Part shown: positions 37,516-47,663 of the stretch, piece by piece
How positions within the stretch are numbered: the first letter of the stretch is position 1
How the letters are laid out: every line of letters starts with the position of its first letter
NCBI GenBank assembly: GCA_035388785.1
Contig: DAOOQN010000003.1
Span: 16,497 to 80,496 of the forward strand
Reading direction: 5' to 3'
DNA from: a bacterium
GTDB taxonomy: Bacteria; Patescibacteriota; Patescibacteriia; UBA2196
Length of the DNA stretch: 64,000 bases
Translations under genes and position numbers: made by a program
Notes under the pieces: model-generated
Told to the model about the DNA's origin: nothing
Seen by the model: the letters and a program-made list of their open reading frames with translations, nothing else
Database searches by the model: none

Positions 37516-38355
37516 TTATTTTTTAATTAAAGACCCCAAAAGTATAGCATTATCACCTAGGGTGGGTTTGTAAAATTTTATTTTTCTATAGATGGTGATG
37601 TGGGTGTTTGAGTAAAATTCCTTTTTTATATTTTCTAATATTTTGGGGTGGTCTAAAAGTCCACCACCAATTACAAAAGCCTGTGGGTTAAAAATTGTAG
37701 CTAAATTATAAAGGCCAATAACTAAGTTGGGGATAATAATTTTATCAGCTATTGTGGTGCTGTGTTTTCTAGCTATTTTTTGCCAAGCACGCCCAGAGGC
37801 TAGAGTTTCCCAACAATATTTTTTACCACAACCGCAGATGGGTGCAGGGCCAATCCACTTACCACAGATACGCATATGTCCAAATTCACCAGCAAGATTA
37901 TCTTGACCACGATAAAGCTCATGATTGAATATTAGAGCGCCACCAATTCCTGTACCAAAAGTGAGAGCAATAAAATTTTTATAATTTTTACCAACACCAT
38001 AAAGATTTTCAGCTAAGCCAAAACACTTAACATCATTATCAACCAAAACAGGTACTTTAAATTCGCGTTGCAAGATTTCTCTTAAATTAATATGTGAAAA
38101 TTTATGGTTGAAATTAGTGGTGGAGATAACTTCACCAGTGTGAAAATCAATCTGTCCAGCTAATCCAATGCCAATTTCTTTAATATTAGAGAGCCATAAA
38201 TCATGAATAATTTTTTTTACATTTGATAAAATTTTATCTTTTTCATTTTTAGCCCCAGTATCTTTTTTAATTTTTTTAATAACTTTATTATCAACAATTA
38301 ACCCACCTAAAATTTTGGTGGCACCAATGTCTAAAGCGATTTGATGTGTGGACAT
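37516..38355 (-). CDS. ROK-family sugar kinase/regulator-like protein
   Basis: N-terminal ALDIGATKILGGLI ATPase motif. ROK zinc motif GHMRICGKWIGPAPICGCGKKYCWE. Confidence 0.65.
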   Translation of the reverse strand: MSTHQIALDIGATKILGGLIVDNKVIKKIKKDTGAKNEKDKILSNVKKIIHDLWLSNIKEIGIGLAGQIDFHTGEVISTTNFNHKFSHINLREILQREFKVPVLVDNDVKCFGLAENLYGVGKNYKNFIALTFGTGIGGALIFNHELYRGQDNLAGEFGHMRICGKWIGPAPICGCGKKYCWETLASGRAWQKIARKHSTTIADKIIIPNLVIGLYNLATIFNPQAFVIGGGLLDHPKILENIKKEFYSNTHITIYRKIKFYKPTLGDNAILLGSLIKK

Positions 38356-38419
38356 ATTTTTATAATTTACAGATAATTTAATAAGTATATTATAACAAAA
38401 ATGGTGTTATTTTTTAAGT

Positions 38420-38902
38420 TCATAGACTGTGCGCGCAGGTAACTGCAATAGCCATGGCATCAGCTATGTCGTCAGGTTCAGGGATTGTTTTAAGTTGGAA
38501 GATTATTTTTACCATGTGTTGAATTTGTTTTTTTTCTGCGCGGCCGTAACCAACTAAAGCTTGCTTAATTTGTAAGGGTGTATATTCTTTAATCTCTAAA
38601 TTTTGTTCAATAGCGCTTAAAAGAATTACACCACGAGCCTCAGCAACCTTTAGAGCTGTTTTTAAATTTTTAAAGAAGAAGAGCTCCTCAATAGCTAAAG
38701 TATTGGGTTTGTGTCTTTTAATAATTTCTTTTAATTTTAAACTTAATACTTTTAAACGCTCAGCGTGTGGCATGTTTTTGTTGGTTGTGATGGCACCATA
38801 AGCCAATAAAGCAAGCTGTGATTGTTTCTTTTCTACAATTGCCCAACCAGTAATAGCATAACCTGGATCAACAGCTAAGATTTTAAGCTGGTTTCTTGGC
38901 AT
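38420..38902 (-). CDS. ruvC: crossover junction endodeoxyribonuclease RuvC
   Basis: ILAVDPGYAITGWAIV and the C-terminal catalytic region. 160 aa. Confidence 0.85.
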   Translation of the reverse strand: MPRNQLKILAVDPGYAITGWAIVEKKQSQLALLAYGAITTNKNMPHAERLKVLSLKLKEIIKRHKPNTLAIEELFFFKNLKTALKVAEARGVILLSAIEQNLEIKEYTPLQIKQALVGYGRAEKKQIQHMVKIIFQLKTIPEPDDIADAMAIAVTCAHSL

Positions 38903-38903
38903 T

Positions 38904-39647
38904 TTATTTTAAATTAGTATAATAGTTTATAATATCTTGGTTTTCATCCAAGATGGTAAAAAAGTTTTGTACCTTAACACCCTGTTCATCCAAGAGATCT
39001 ATTTTTTCTTTTGCCACATACTCAAGCGCGGCAGATTCAATTTTAATATTTTCCTTTTCTAGCGCTTCCTTGAGGCGTTTAAGATTTTCAACAGGTGAAT
39101 AAATTAATATTTCATCTTCCTTACTTTCCAAATCACTAGCACCCAAATCAATTAGATGTAACTCAAGGGTTTCTAAATCATTATTTAATATTTCTTGTTT
39201 GTTTATTGCAATGACTGCTTTTTTTTCAAACATCCAAACTACAGCACCTGGTCCAGCCAGTGAGCCAGCATGATCGCTAAAAAGATGTTTTAATTCATTG
39301 ACTGTACGATTGGTGTTATCAGTTAGACATTCCAAAATTATAGCTACCTGTGTGGAACCAGTTGGAGATGGAAGTGAAAGTAAACCCTCATAGGTAACTT
39401 CTTCTAAGTGAACACCCTCGCCTGCACCAGTACCGCGTTGAATAGCACGATCAATGTTTTCTTTGGGTACACTAGCTTGTTTGGCGCGTTCAACAGCTAA
39501 TCTTAAATTAAAATTTGTATTTATATCACCACCACTTCTAGCCGCCACAGTGATATTATTAGCTAGTTTGGTGAATAAAATACCACGTTTTTGGTCAATG
39601 GCATTTTTTTTGTGTTTGGTGGTTGCCCACTTGGAATGTCCTGACAT
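38904..39647 (-). CDS. YebC/PmpR-family DNA-binding regulator
   Basis: MSGHSKWATTKHKK N-terminus is diagnostic. 247 aa. Confidence 0.85.
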   Translation of the reverse strand: MSGHSKWATTKHKKNAIDQKRGILFTKLANNITVAARSGGDINTNFNLRLAVERAKQASVPKENIDRAIQRGTGAGEGVHLEEVTYEGLLSLPSPTGSTQVAIILECLTDNTNRTVNELKHLFSDHAGSLAGPGAVVWMFEKKAVIAINKQEILNNDLETLELHLIDLGASDLESKEDEILIYSPVENLKRLKEALEKENIKIESAALEYVAKEKIDLLDEQGVKVQNFFTILDENQDIINYYTNLK

Positions 39648-39749
39648 AGATTAAAAATTAAGGATTAACTGTTTTTATGGTAGCATTTTGGGCTTTTTTA
39701 GACAATTTTTTTAAAAGTGTTAGAATTTAAAGAGTAAATGTATAAAAAT

Positions 39750-39831
39750 GCCTTGGTGGCGGAATTGGTATACGCGCATGGTTTAGGACCATGTGGGGTA
39801 ACCCTTGAGAGTTCGAGTCTCTCCCAAGGCA
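39750..39831 (+). tRNA. tRNA-Leu (anticodon UAG)
   Basis: Manual cloverleaf: acceptor GCCTTGG/CCAAGGC. Anticodon stem CATGG/CCATG, loop TTTAGGA. Long variable arm. Confidence 0.8.
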
Positions 39832-39845
39832 ATAAACTTAAAACA

Positions 39846-40220
39846 ATGTATAATTCTGGCTATAAAAAAGAGCTTGGTAATTTGGGTGAAAAAATAGCTG
39901 AAAAATTTTTACAAAAAAATAAGTATAGGATTTTAGAACATAACTATTATGGACGACATGGTGAGATTGATATAATTGTGTGGGATCAAAAGACGCATGA
40001 GCTTGTATTTGCGGAAGTTAAAACCAGGAGCAGTGAGCTTTACGGTCGGCCAGAACAAGCGGTTGATTCTAGAAAAAAAAACCGCATGGAAAATGCAGCT
40101 GAAAAATATTTAAAATTCAAAGGTTTTGGTTGGCAGCAGAATTATCGTTTTGATATTTTGGCGGTGGAACTTGATTTTAACACTCGACAAGCCAAGATAA
40201 AACAGTTCAAATATGTCTAA
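39846..40220 (+). CDS. YraN-family (UPF0102) endonuclease
   Basis: GE.AE..A..YL...RHGEIDIIVWD...LVFAEVKTR pattern. Start moved to an internal Met because the upstream ORF portion overlaps tRNA-Leu. Confidence 0.65.
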   Translation: MYNSGYKKELGNLGEKIAEKFLQKNKYRILEHNYYGRHGEIDIIVWDQKTHELVFAEVKTRSSELYGRPEQAVDSRKKNRMENAAEKYLKFKGFGWQQNYRFDILAVELDFNTRQAKIKQFKYV

Positions 40221-40265
40221 CAAAGCATCGTAATAAAAAGAAAGTGCCTTTTAAAACCCCATATA

Positions 40266-40712
40266 TTAATTGTGGGGTTTTTGTATAATTATTTTGCGTG
40301 TGTCTGGTAGTTTGCCATATTCAAAATTAATAAATACGGCCTTGAGTGGCAAAATGTCTTTTATTTTATCGGCCCACTCAATTATGACCAAGTTGTCTTT
40401 GTTAGCTAAAATTTCTTGGAAGCCCAAATCCAAAAGTTCCTGTGGGTTTTGTAGACGATAACAGTCAATATGAACTAGGGTTTTTATCGCGGCTGGTTGA
40501 GCAATCGCATATAATTTGATTAAAACAAAGGTGGGAGAATTAATTGGTTTTTTAGTTTTAAAATATTCACCTACGCCTTTAGCGAATTGGGTTTTACCAC
40601 TACCCAGATTACCTATTAAACCCAAAACCATACCACTCGTGAAATTGGCTGCAATTTTTTTAGCAATGTTTTTTGTTTCCTTTTCAGAAGATGAGATATA
40701 TTTTTTTTGCAT
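40266..40712 (-). CDS. tsaE: tRNA threonylcarbamoyladenosine biosynthesis protein TsaE
   Basis: P-loop LIGNLGSGKTQFAKG. 148 aa. Adjacent to tsaD. Confidence 0.8.
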   Translation of the reverse strand: MQKKYISSSEKETKNIAKKIAANFTSGMVLGLIGNLGSGKTQFAKGVGEYFKTKKPINSPTFVLIKLYAIAQPAAIKTLVHIDCYRLQNPQELLDLGFQEILANKDNLVIIEWADKIKDILPLKAVFINFEYGKLPDTRKIIIQKPHN

Positions 40713-40720
40713 AGGGTTGA

Positions 40721-41770
40721 TTATAAACTTAAATGTGGGTTGGCTTTTAAGTTTTTAATGTTGGCAAATTGTTTTTTTAAAATTTTAAAATAGGCAGCCA
40801 CAGAAATCATGGCGGCATTGTCACCCGTAAATTTAATTTCTGGTAATAAAATTTTAATTTTTGGCGCAGTCAGTGCAATTTTTTCTTGCAGGGTTGTCCG
40901 TAGGGCTTGATTGGCCGACACTCCACCGCCCAATAAAAATGTTTGGGGTTTATATTTTTTGATGGCACGCAACGTTTTGGTAACCAAGACTTCAACGCAA
41001 GCAGCTTGGAAAGCAGCGCAGATATTATTGATTGTTTTTGTGCCCAATGTTTTTAATGGTGAGACCGCGGTTACATCATTAATTAGATAGAGGACAGCGG
41101 TTTTTAAACCAGAAAAAGAAAAATCAAAATTTTGGTTATTTAAGAGGGGGCGCGGTAATTTAAAAACAGAGCTGTCGCCAGCCATAGCTAATTTATCTAT
41201 GATCGGTCCGCCGGGATAGCCGAGGTTTAGAATTTGAGCGGTTTTATCATAAGCTTCACCAACTGCATCATCTAATGTGTCGCCAATTATTTTCCAGCTG
41301 TAGAAATTTTTCATTAAGATCAAAAGAGTGTGTCCACCACTAACCACAAGCGCCAAGGCAGGAAAAATTATTTTTTTTGGACTCATACTAGGTGATAAAA
41401 GACCTGCCAAAGCATGGCCAGCTAGATGGTTGACGGTTATTAGGGGTTTTTGGGTTACAAAAGCTAGACTTTTGGCTGTTTCTAACCCGACGTTAAGAGC
41501 AGTTACAAGTCCGGGGCCTTGTGTGGCGGCTATATAATTAATATCGCGTGTTAGATTTAAACCTGATTTTTTGACAGCTTCAGCAACGACGGGTATCACC
41601 ATCTCTATTTGTTTCCTGGCGGCCACTTCTGGCACAACACCACCAAAGCGGGCATGAATTTTTATTTGGGAAGAAACCATATTACTTAACAAAGTAAAAG
41701 GACCGTTTGTGATATGCAAAACAGCAGCTGCAGTTTCATCGCAGGATGTTTCAATGGCTAATATATTCAT
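40721..41770 (-). CDS. tsaD: tRNA N6-adenosine threonylcarbamoyltransferase TsaD
   Basis: MNILAIETSCDETAAAV N-terminus and Kae1/Gcp fold motifs. 349 aa. Confidence 0.9.
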   Translation of the reverse strand: MNILAIETSCDETAAAVLHITNGPFTLLSNMVSSQIKIHARFGGVVPEVAARKQIEMVIPVVAEAVKKSGLNLTRDINYIAATQGPGLVTALNVGLETAKSLAFVTQKPLITVNHLAGHALAGLLSPSMSPKKIIFPALALVVSGGHTLLILMKNFYSWKIIGDTLDDAVGEAYDKTAQILNLGYPGGPIIDKLAMAGDSSVFKLPRPLLNNQNFDFSFSGLKTAVLYLINDVTAVSPLKTLGTKTINNICAAFQAACVEVLVTKTLRAIKKYKPQTFLLGGGVSANQALRTTLQEKIALTAPKIKILLPEIKFTGDNAAMISVAAYFKILKKQFANIKNLKANPHLSL

Positions 41771-41904
41771 AAAAGGATAATAACATAATTTTTTTGAATA
41801 GCAAACATAAGAGCTGGCTTGCCTTATAGATTAAAAAAACATATAATAGAGTTAAGAAAAATAATTTTACGAAGATAAAAAATCTTTTTAAAAACAAAAA
41901 ACAT

Positions 41905-42387
41905 ATGGCTCTTTTTACTAGAGTAAAAAAAGATGAAGACGAAAATTTGAATCAAAATTATAATCATATTGCAGATGGCACAATGATGCCCAATAATAAT
42001 TTGGGCAGTGCTGTAGAGGAAGTTGCTAACTTAATAGCGGAAGAGACTGCTTTGGGTGAAGGACAGTTAGCGGTCGATGTTTATCAAAACGAAGATAAAA
42101 TAGTTATTAAAGCCACTATTGCTGGAGTAAAACCAGAAGATTTAGACATTGCTGTGAATAATGAAAATGTGACTATTCGGGGGACACGGCACCTTGATGA
42201 AACAATCAGTCAGGAAGATTATTTTTATCAGGAGTGTTATTGGGGCGATTTTTCGCGTTCTATTATTTTACCCACAGAAGTGAGAGCAGAGGAAGCTGAA
42301 GCAATTTTAAAAAACGGAGTCTTAACACTAACACTACCCAAGAACAGCAAAACACAAGCTGTGGCGGTCAAGGTTAAGGGTGAGTAA
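41905..42387 (+). CDS. Hsp20/alpha-crystallin family small heat-shock protein
   Basis: Alpha-crystallin domain pattern (AVDVYQNEDKIVIKATIAGVKPEDLDI...GVLTLTLPK). 160 aa. Confidence 0.75.
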   Translation: MALFTRVKKDEDENLNQNYNHIADGTMMPNNNLGSAVEEVANLIAEETALGEGQLAVDVYQNEDKIVIKATIAGVKPEDLDIAVNNENVTIRGTRHLDETISQEDYFYQECYWGDFSRSIILPTEVRAEEAEAILKNGVLTLTLPKNSKTQAVAVKVKGE

Positions 42388-42393
42388 ATTTAT

Positions 42394-42621
42394 ATGCCAA
42401 AAAAAAATATTAAAGCAGTGATTGATCGCTTTGAGGGAACTTGGGCTGTTTTGGTTTTTGATGATGGGCAAACACTTAATTGGTCGATAAAAAATTTACC
42501 CAATGGATTACAAGAGGGGGCTGTATTAAGGTTTACCATTTCAGTTGATAGTGATGAAGAATTGGAACGGCAACAAACTGCTAAAGACTTACTTAATGAA
42601 ATTTTAAAAAACAGTGTTTAA
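42394..42621 (+). CDS. DUF3006-like small protein
   Basis: 75 aa. Overlaps the start of the VanW gene (co-occurring pair). Confidence 0.45.
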   Translation: MPKKNIKAVIDRFEGTWAVLVFDDGQTLNWSIKNLPNGLQEGAVLRFTISVDSDEELERQQTAKDLLNEILKNSV

Positions 42622-44503
42622 TAATTTGTTGACTATCAAAGAGAGAATAAAAATTCCGCACTGGTTAGTGATTAGCCTAACCGTTTTTTTTGTTTTAGTG
42701 GTATTGTGGGCACTGACTGTGACCATAATTTATCAGCTTTATGGGGGGCGTTTTTTCCCTAATATTAAAATTGGCGATGTTAATGTGGGTGGCATGACAT
42801 ACGAGCAGGCAGCCAAAGAGTTAAATACCAAAACTGAGTTGATGCAGCAACAAGGTTTTGTGTTTAGGTTGGATAACCAAGAGATAATTATTTATCCCGT
42901 TTCTTTTGCTAAGAATGATCCTGATTTGGCGCGAGAAGTTTATAGTTTAGAAACCAAAAATCAAATTGAGCAAGCGTTTAGTTTTGGACGTAATCAAAAT
43001 TTTTTAGGTAATTCCTTTGCGCAACTTAAGAGTTTATTTATTGGGCAATCTTATGTAATGGGTGTTAAAATTAACAAGATTGAGTTTAAAAAGATTTTGA
43101 CAGCAAATTTTGACGAATTTTTGAAAAAGGCTGAAGAAACTCATTTAACTTTTGACGCCTTTGGTGAACCATCTATTATCAATGGAGTGGCTGGTGAGGT
43201 TATTGACTATGAGGGGGCGGTGGTAGATTTTACATACAAATTGGGTAGGGGTGATTTTAGTGCTGTGGAATTAAAAAAGAAAGAATTTAGTCCTCAAGTG
43301 TCTTTTGTTGAAGCAGAAAAATTACTACCTCAAATTAAAGAAATATTACAACGTGGTGATTTTTTCTTAAAGGCCACCACGACGGATGAAAAAAAACAAT
43401 CCATACAGAAAAAGCGATTGATTACAAAAGATGAAATTAAGAAGGGTTTAATTTTTAGATGGGATGAAGTTGATAAAAAAGCTAAACTGAGTTTTAAAGA
43501 AGATGTTTTTGCTGAAATTTTGCAATTTTTTACCACTGAAGTTGAGGTAGCTGCTAAAGAAGCACGTTTTAAAATGGAAAATGGACGCGTGGTGGAATTT
43601 CAAGCTCCCCAGGTTGGTGTTTTAATAGATGTTGAAAAAACAAAAAAAGAGTTTGAGAACAATTTAATTAATTTGGGTTACAGTGAAACCTGGATTTATA
43701 CCAAAGATGAACCGGCACAAACCAATATTGGCGAATTAAATAATGTGGGCATAAAAGAGCTGGTGGCTGAGGGTCGTTCCAATTTTGTTGGTTCGCCACC
43801 TAATAGAATTCATAATATAAAAACAGGTATCCAGGCTTTGAATGGTTTAATTATTTTACCAGGGGAAGAATTTTCTCTGGTCAAAGCTTTGGGAGAAATT
43901 AGTGCTCAAACTGGTTATCTGCCAGAGTTGGTGATTAAAGGTAATAAAACCTTACCTGAATATGGCGGTGGGCTGTGCCAGGTGGCGACGACCATGTTTC
44001 GATTAGGGTTAAACAGTGGTTTAGAAGTTTTGGAGCGTAAAAGTCACGCTTATCGTGTTTCTTATTATGAACCAGCTGGCAGTGACGCAACAATTTATTT
44101 ACCACAACCGGATTTAAAATTAAAAAATAATTATAGTACTAATTTATTATTACAAACACGCATTGAGAAAAACGAAGTTATTTTTGAGTTTTGGGGACAA
44201 AAAGATGGACGCAGTGTTGAAGTGCAAAAACCAACAATTTATAACATTACTTCGCCCGGACCAACACAGTATATTGAAACCACAGACATCAAACCCGGTG
44301 AAACTAAATGTACTGAAAAAGCTCACAATGGTGCTGAAACTGATTTAAAAAGAATAATTACTTTTGCTGATGGTGTGGTAAAAGAAGAAGTTTGGCATTC
44401 AAAATATAGACCATGGCAGGCGGTTTGTTTGGTGGGAATTGATCCGAACAAGGTAGCCACCAGCACGGATGCAAGTATTATATCAACTCAAGGGACTGAT
44501 TAG
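42614..44503 (+). CDS. VanW-family protein with N-terminal TM
   Basis: C-terminal GGGLCQVATTMFRLGLNSGLEVLERKSHAYRVSYYEP matches the VanW domain. 629 aa. Confidence 0.75.
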   Translation: MFNNLLTIKERIKIPHWLVISLTVFFVLVVLWALTVTIIYQLYGGRFFPNIKIGDVNVGGMTYEQAAKELNTKTELMQQQGFVFRLDNQEIIIYPVSFAKNDPDLAREVYSLETKNQIEQAFSFGRNQNFLGNSFAQLKSLFIGQSYVMGVKINKIEFKKILTANFDEFLKKAEETHLTFDAFGEPSIINGVAGEVIDYEGAVVDFTYKLGRGDFSAVELKKKEFSPQVSFVEAEKLLPQIKEILQRGDFFLKATTTDEKKQSIQKKRLITKDEIKKGLIFRWDEVDKKAKLSFKEDVFAEILQFFTTEVEVAAKEARFKMENGRVVEFQAPQVGVLIDVEKTKKEFENNLINLGYSETWIYTKDEPAQTNIGELNNVGIKELVAEGRSNFVGSPPNRIHNIKTGIQALNGLIILPGEEFSLVKALGEISAQTGYLPELVIKGNKTLPEYGGGLCQVATTMFRLGLNSGLEVLERKSHAYRVSYYEPAGSDATIYLPQPDLKLKNNYSTNLLLQTRIEKNEVIFEFWGQKDGRSVEVQKPTIYNITSPGPTQYIETTDIKPGETKCTEKAHNGAETDLKRIITFADGVVKEEVWHSKYRPWQAVCLVGIDPNKVATSTDASIISTQGTD

Positions 44504-44612
44504 GTTTTGTAAGGCAGCCTTTAATTAAAAGACTGTTTTTGTTTTTATAAAAACTTGCCAAATCTTTTATTTTTTGTTAGAGTATACATATAAAATTTAA
44601 ATAAAAAACATT

Positions 44613-44846
44613 ATGGCTTTACCTAGTAAACGACATTCTAAAACAGTTAAACGTATCAGACGCGCGGCAATTAAAATGAAGACACCCACCTTAAGTGTTT
44701 GCCCGCAATGTAAAAAAACAGTCCGACCACATACAGCCTGCGCTTTTTGTGGAACCTATCGTGGCCGTCAGATTTTAAAAATTAAGCTAACAAAAAAAGA
44801 AAAAAAGTTACGTAAAAAAGAAGATAAAGAGAAAAAAGAAAAATAA
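44613..44846 (+). CDS. rpmF: 50S ribosomal protein L32 with Lys-rich C-terminal extension
   Basis: [11 protein letters not shown]...CPQC...C..CG zinc ribbon. Confidence 0.85.
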   Translation: MALPSKRHSKTVKRIRRAAIKMKTPTLSVCPQCKKTVRPHTACAFCGTYRGRQILKIKLTKKEKKLRKKEDKEKKEK

Positions 44847-44850
44847 AAAA

Positions 44851-45303
44851 ATGCCCAATCGCCACCTTTCCAGAACTATCGCCATGCAAACACTCTATGA
44901 GTGGGATTTTAATCATCGTTCACAAAAACTCGTTGATGTTTTGAATTATAATTTATACGGACAAGCCCATGGTTTGGAAGATGTGGGTTTTATAGAATCA
45001 TTGGTCAAGGGAGTGACCAAGAATTTGGCTGTCATCGATGAAGTAATGATTAAGTACGCGCCCGGCTGGCCATTAGACAAAATTACCGTAATTGATCGTA
45101 ATGTTTTACGACTGGGGATTTTTGAATTAAAGTTTGCTGGAGCGTTAACACCACCCAAAGTGGTGATTAATGAAGCCATTGAAACAGCTAAAACTTTTGG
45201 TGGTGAGTCTTCGGGACGTTTTGTAAATGGAGTTTTGGGTGCTATCTATAAAGACATGCAGGCGAGTGGCGAGATAAAAGAAGAAGTTGTAGCCGAAAAA
45301 TAA
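44851..45303 (+). CDS. nusB: transcription antitermination factor NusB
   Basis: [14 protein letters not shown]-terminus. 150 aa. Confidence 0.85.
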   Translation: MPNRHLSRTIAMQTLYEWDFNHRSQKLVDVLNYNLYGQAHGLEDVGFIESLVKGVTKNLAVIDEVMIKYAPGWPLDKITVIDRNVLRLGIFELKFAGALTPPKVVINEAIETAKTFGGESSGRFVNGVLGAIYKDMQASGEIKEEVVAEK

Positions 45304-45375
45304 AGAATTAATAATTAATTTTAAGCATTATTGTATATTAATGAATACAGAATAATGTTTGAAATAGATTTAATT

Positions 45376-46065
45376 ATGAAAGATATATCACACCTAGAAG
45401 AAATCTTGGGTGTTAAGTTTAAAGAAACTGATATTTTACAAAGAGCATTAATACACCGTTCATATTTAAATGAACACCCTTCGTTTAGTAAAGAACATAA
45501 CGAACGTTTAGAGTTTTTAGGTGATGCAGTTTTGGAGTTGGCAGTGACTGAATATCTTTATCAAAATTATACTAATCCCGAAGGTGATTTAACTAACTGG
45601 CGAGCGGCTTTGGTAAACGCTAAAATGTTGGGTGAGGTGGCAAAAAAACTGGCCATTGAAGAATTTCTTTTTTTATCACGCGGCGAGGCTAAGGATAAAA
45701 ATACAAAAGCCAGAGGGTATATTTTAGCCAATGCAATGGAAGCGATTATTGGCGCTATCTATGTGGATCAGGGGTTTGCGGTGGTGAAAGAATTTATTCA
45801 AAAAAATGTTTTAGTATATTTGGAAGATATTTTGACCAATAAATTATATATTGATGCCAAGTCGCGTTTTCAGGAAGAGTCACAGGATAAGATTGGTATT
45901 ACGCCCTCTTATGTCGTAATTTCTGAATCAGGACCCGATCATGCAAAAAAATTTGTGATTGGTGTTTATCTGGAAGAAGAATTGGTGGCACAAGGTGAAG
46001 GCACTTCCAAACAGGAAGCACAAATGGATGCAGCTGAGAAAGCCTTAGTGGCCAAGAAATGGTAG
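45376..46065 (+). CDS. rnc: ribonuclease III
   Basis: ERLEFLGDAVLELAVTEYLY catalytic signature plus C-terminal dsRBD. Start at the internal Met of ORF 45331..46065. Confidence 0.9.
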   Translation: MKDISHLEEILGVKFKETDILQRALIHRSYLNEHPSFSKEHNERLEFLGDAVLELAVTEYLYQNYTNPEGDLTNWRAALVNAKMLGEVAKKLAIEEFLFLSRGEAKDKNTKARGYILANAMEAIIGAIYVDQGFAVVKEFIQKNVLVYLEDILTNKLYIDAKSRFQEESQDKIGITPSYVVISESGPDHAKKFVIGVYLEEELVAQGEGTSKQEAQMDAAEKALVAKKW

Positions 46066-46098
46066 GTTTTAAGAAATAATAAATCGTCAAATAAAGGA

Positions 46099-46350
46099 GT
46101 GGACGATCCGGAAGCTATAAAACTTATGACTAGATGGATAGAAGAACAACAAAGGTTGGTTGAAGCTTCAGATCCAAAAGATGCTAAGCCGTCAATTCTG
46201 CTTAATCTTCAGCGGGCACGTCTATATTTAGCAGCTGGGTGTAAGGAAGAAGCAAGAAAAGATTTTGAAGATGCCTTGTATCAAGCTCAGCTTGAAAAAC
46301 AAAATGAGCTTTGGGAGGCGATTATGCAAGAGATGCGGCAAATATCATAA
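46099..46350 (+). CDS. hypothetical small protein (83 aa)
   Basis: ORF followed by a strong terminator. Slightly GC-elevated. Confidence 0.4.
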   Translation: MDDPEAIKLMTRWIEEQQRLVEASDPKDAKPSILLNLQRARLYLAAGCKEEARKDFEDALYQAQLEKQNELWEAIMQEMRQIS

Positions 46351-46365
46351 ACTTTTGATAAAGTA

Positions 46366-46396
46366 ATAAAAAAATACCACCGAATTATGGGTGGTA
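46366..46396. terminator. bidirectional terminator ACCACC-N8-GGTGGT plus T8
   Basis: accaccgaattatgggtggtattttttt. Confidence 0.6.
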
Positions 46397-46401
46397 TTTT
46401 T

Positions 46402-47556
46402 TTAGTTTGTTTGTCTTCTTATTTCGTTTATAATTATTTTTTCAGCTTCTAAAAGAGAGGTGTTAGTTAAAGTAAAACGCGCTGCATTTGAGTTGCCTTG
46501 AGGGTGGAAAACACGAGTTATAGATAAGGCATCATGACCGGGTGAGGTGAATAATTCAGCCGCGGTGGTTGATTCTTTAGCATTATGATCAAAAGCTGTG
46601 TTTTCATAAATAATTAAAATTAGAGCCGCACCAGGAATAGAGCTTATTAGTTCATCAACTGCCTGCTTAATGTCTTTGGGTTCAGCACCAGATTTAACAA
46701 AATCTTGCTGTGATAAAACTGACCACACTAATTTGAGTGTTTTGTCTTGTTGTAGACGAGCTAACATGCGACCCCACAGACGCAGGGTGGATAAGGTTTG
46801 CGACTGGTAAAGATGGGCGACTATCTTTTGTCTTTGCGCACCATGATTAATTAATTGAGAAGCAACACTCAAAGACTGTGGCGTGACATTTATAGATTTA
46901 AAAATTTGTGTTTTGGTCATGATGCCAGTCAATAAACAAGTGGCGATATTTTCATCTAAACCACCAGGATCTAAGGTGAATATAAAATTATAAACTATTT
47001 CGGCAGTGGCGACGGCACGCAAATCTAGCAGATTAATTTGGCCAAAGTTTGTATTTAAGGGAGAGTGGTCAAAGTTAATTAGAGGGGTTTGATAAAAAAA
47101 GTCAGTTTGGTTGATAAAAATTTCACCCAAACTGTCAAGACTATGCGTATCTAGTGTGATAATTAAGTCGTGGCCAAAAGCGGAGGTGCTGGTTTTAATG
47201 TCGCGGTGATTAAATTGGCCCGTGGTTGGAAGAATTGAAATTTCTAGATAATTATTTTTAACTTCATAACTTAATTCAGCTACTTTATTGGTGGTTAAGT
47301 CTAAACTAATTATAAACTTTTGTGGATTGGTTAATATATTTTGTATGTGTTCTGTGTCTGGTAAAAATTTAAGCTGGTTTTTAATGATAAAATCAGCACA
47401 AACCAAGGTGACTGTTTTATTATTTTTCTTAAGCCAGATATAAAGCGCTAAGGCAGAAGCTAACGAATCAGGGTGATACTCTTTTTTAAAAACAATAAGA
47501 ATATTTTTTGATTTTTCAATTAATTGTTTGGCGGCTGTGGTTGTTTCAGCTAACAT
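46402..47556 (-). CDS. DHH-family phosphoesterase-like protein (degenerate motifs), 384 aa
   Basis: N-terminal KEYHPDSLASALALY and FDHSP resemble DHH motifs I and III. No clear GGGH DHHA1 motif. A true nrnA lies at 50020. Confidence 0.45.
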   Translation of the reverse strand: MLAETTTAAKQLIEKSKNILIVFKKEYHPDSLASALALYIWLKKNNKTVTLVCADFIIKNQLKFLPDTEHIQNILTNPQKFIISLDLTTNKVAELSYEVKNNYLEISILPTTGQFNHRDIKTSTSAFGHDLIITLDTHSLDSLGEIFINQTDFFYQTPLINFDHSPLNTNFGQINLLDLRAVATAEIVYNFIFTLDPGGLDENIATCLLTGIMTKTQIFKSINVTPQSLSVASQLINHGAQRQKIVAHLYQSQTLSTLRLWGRMLARLQQDKTLKLVWSVLSQQDFVKSGAEPKDIKQAVDELISSIPGAALILIIYENTAFDHNAKESTTAAELFTSPGHDALSITRVFHPQGNSNAARFTLTNTSLLEAEKIIINEIRRQTN

Positions 47557-47663
47557 AACAAATGGATCATTTAGAGTTAGTAAATTATATTAGTATAGTT
47601 GATTTTTTAAAATAGGTCAACTGTTTTTGAGTTGACTTAGAATGATTTTTGGGGTAGACTTAA

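Noticed and set aside
39738-39845. N-terminal 36 residues of the 39738..40220 ORF
   Set aside because: They overlap tRNA-Leu(UAG) on the same strand. The YraN homology begins at the downstream Met (39846).
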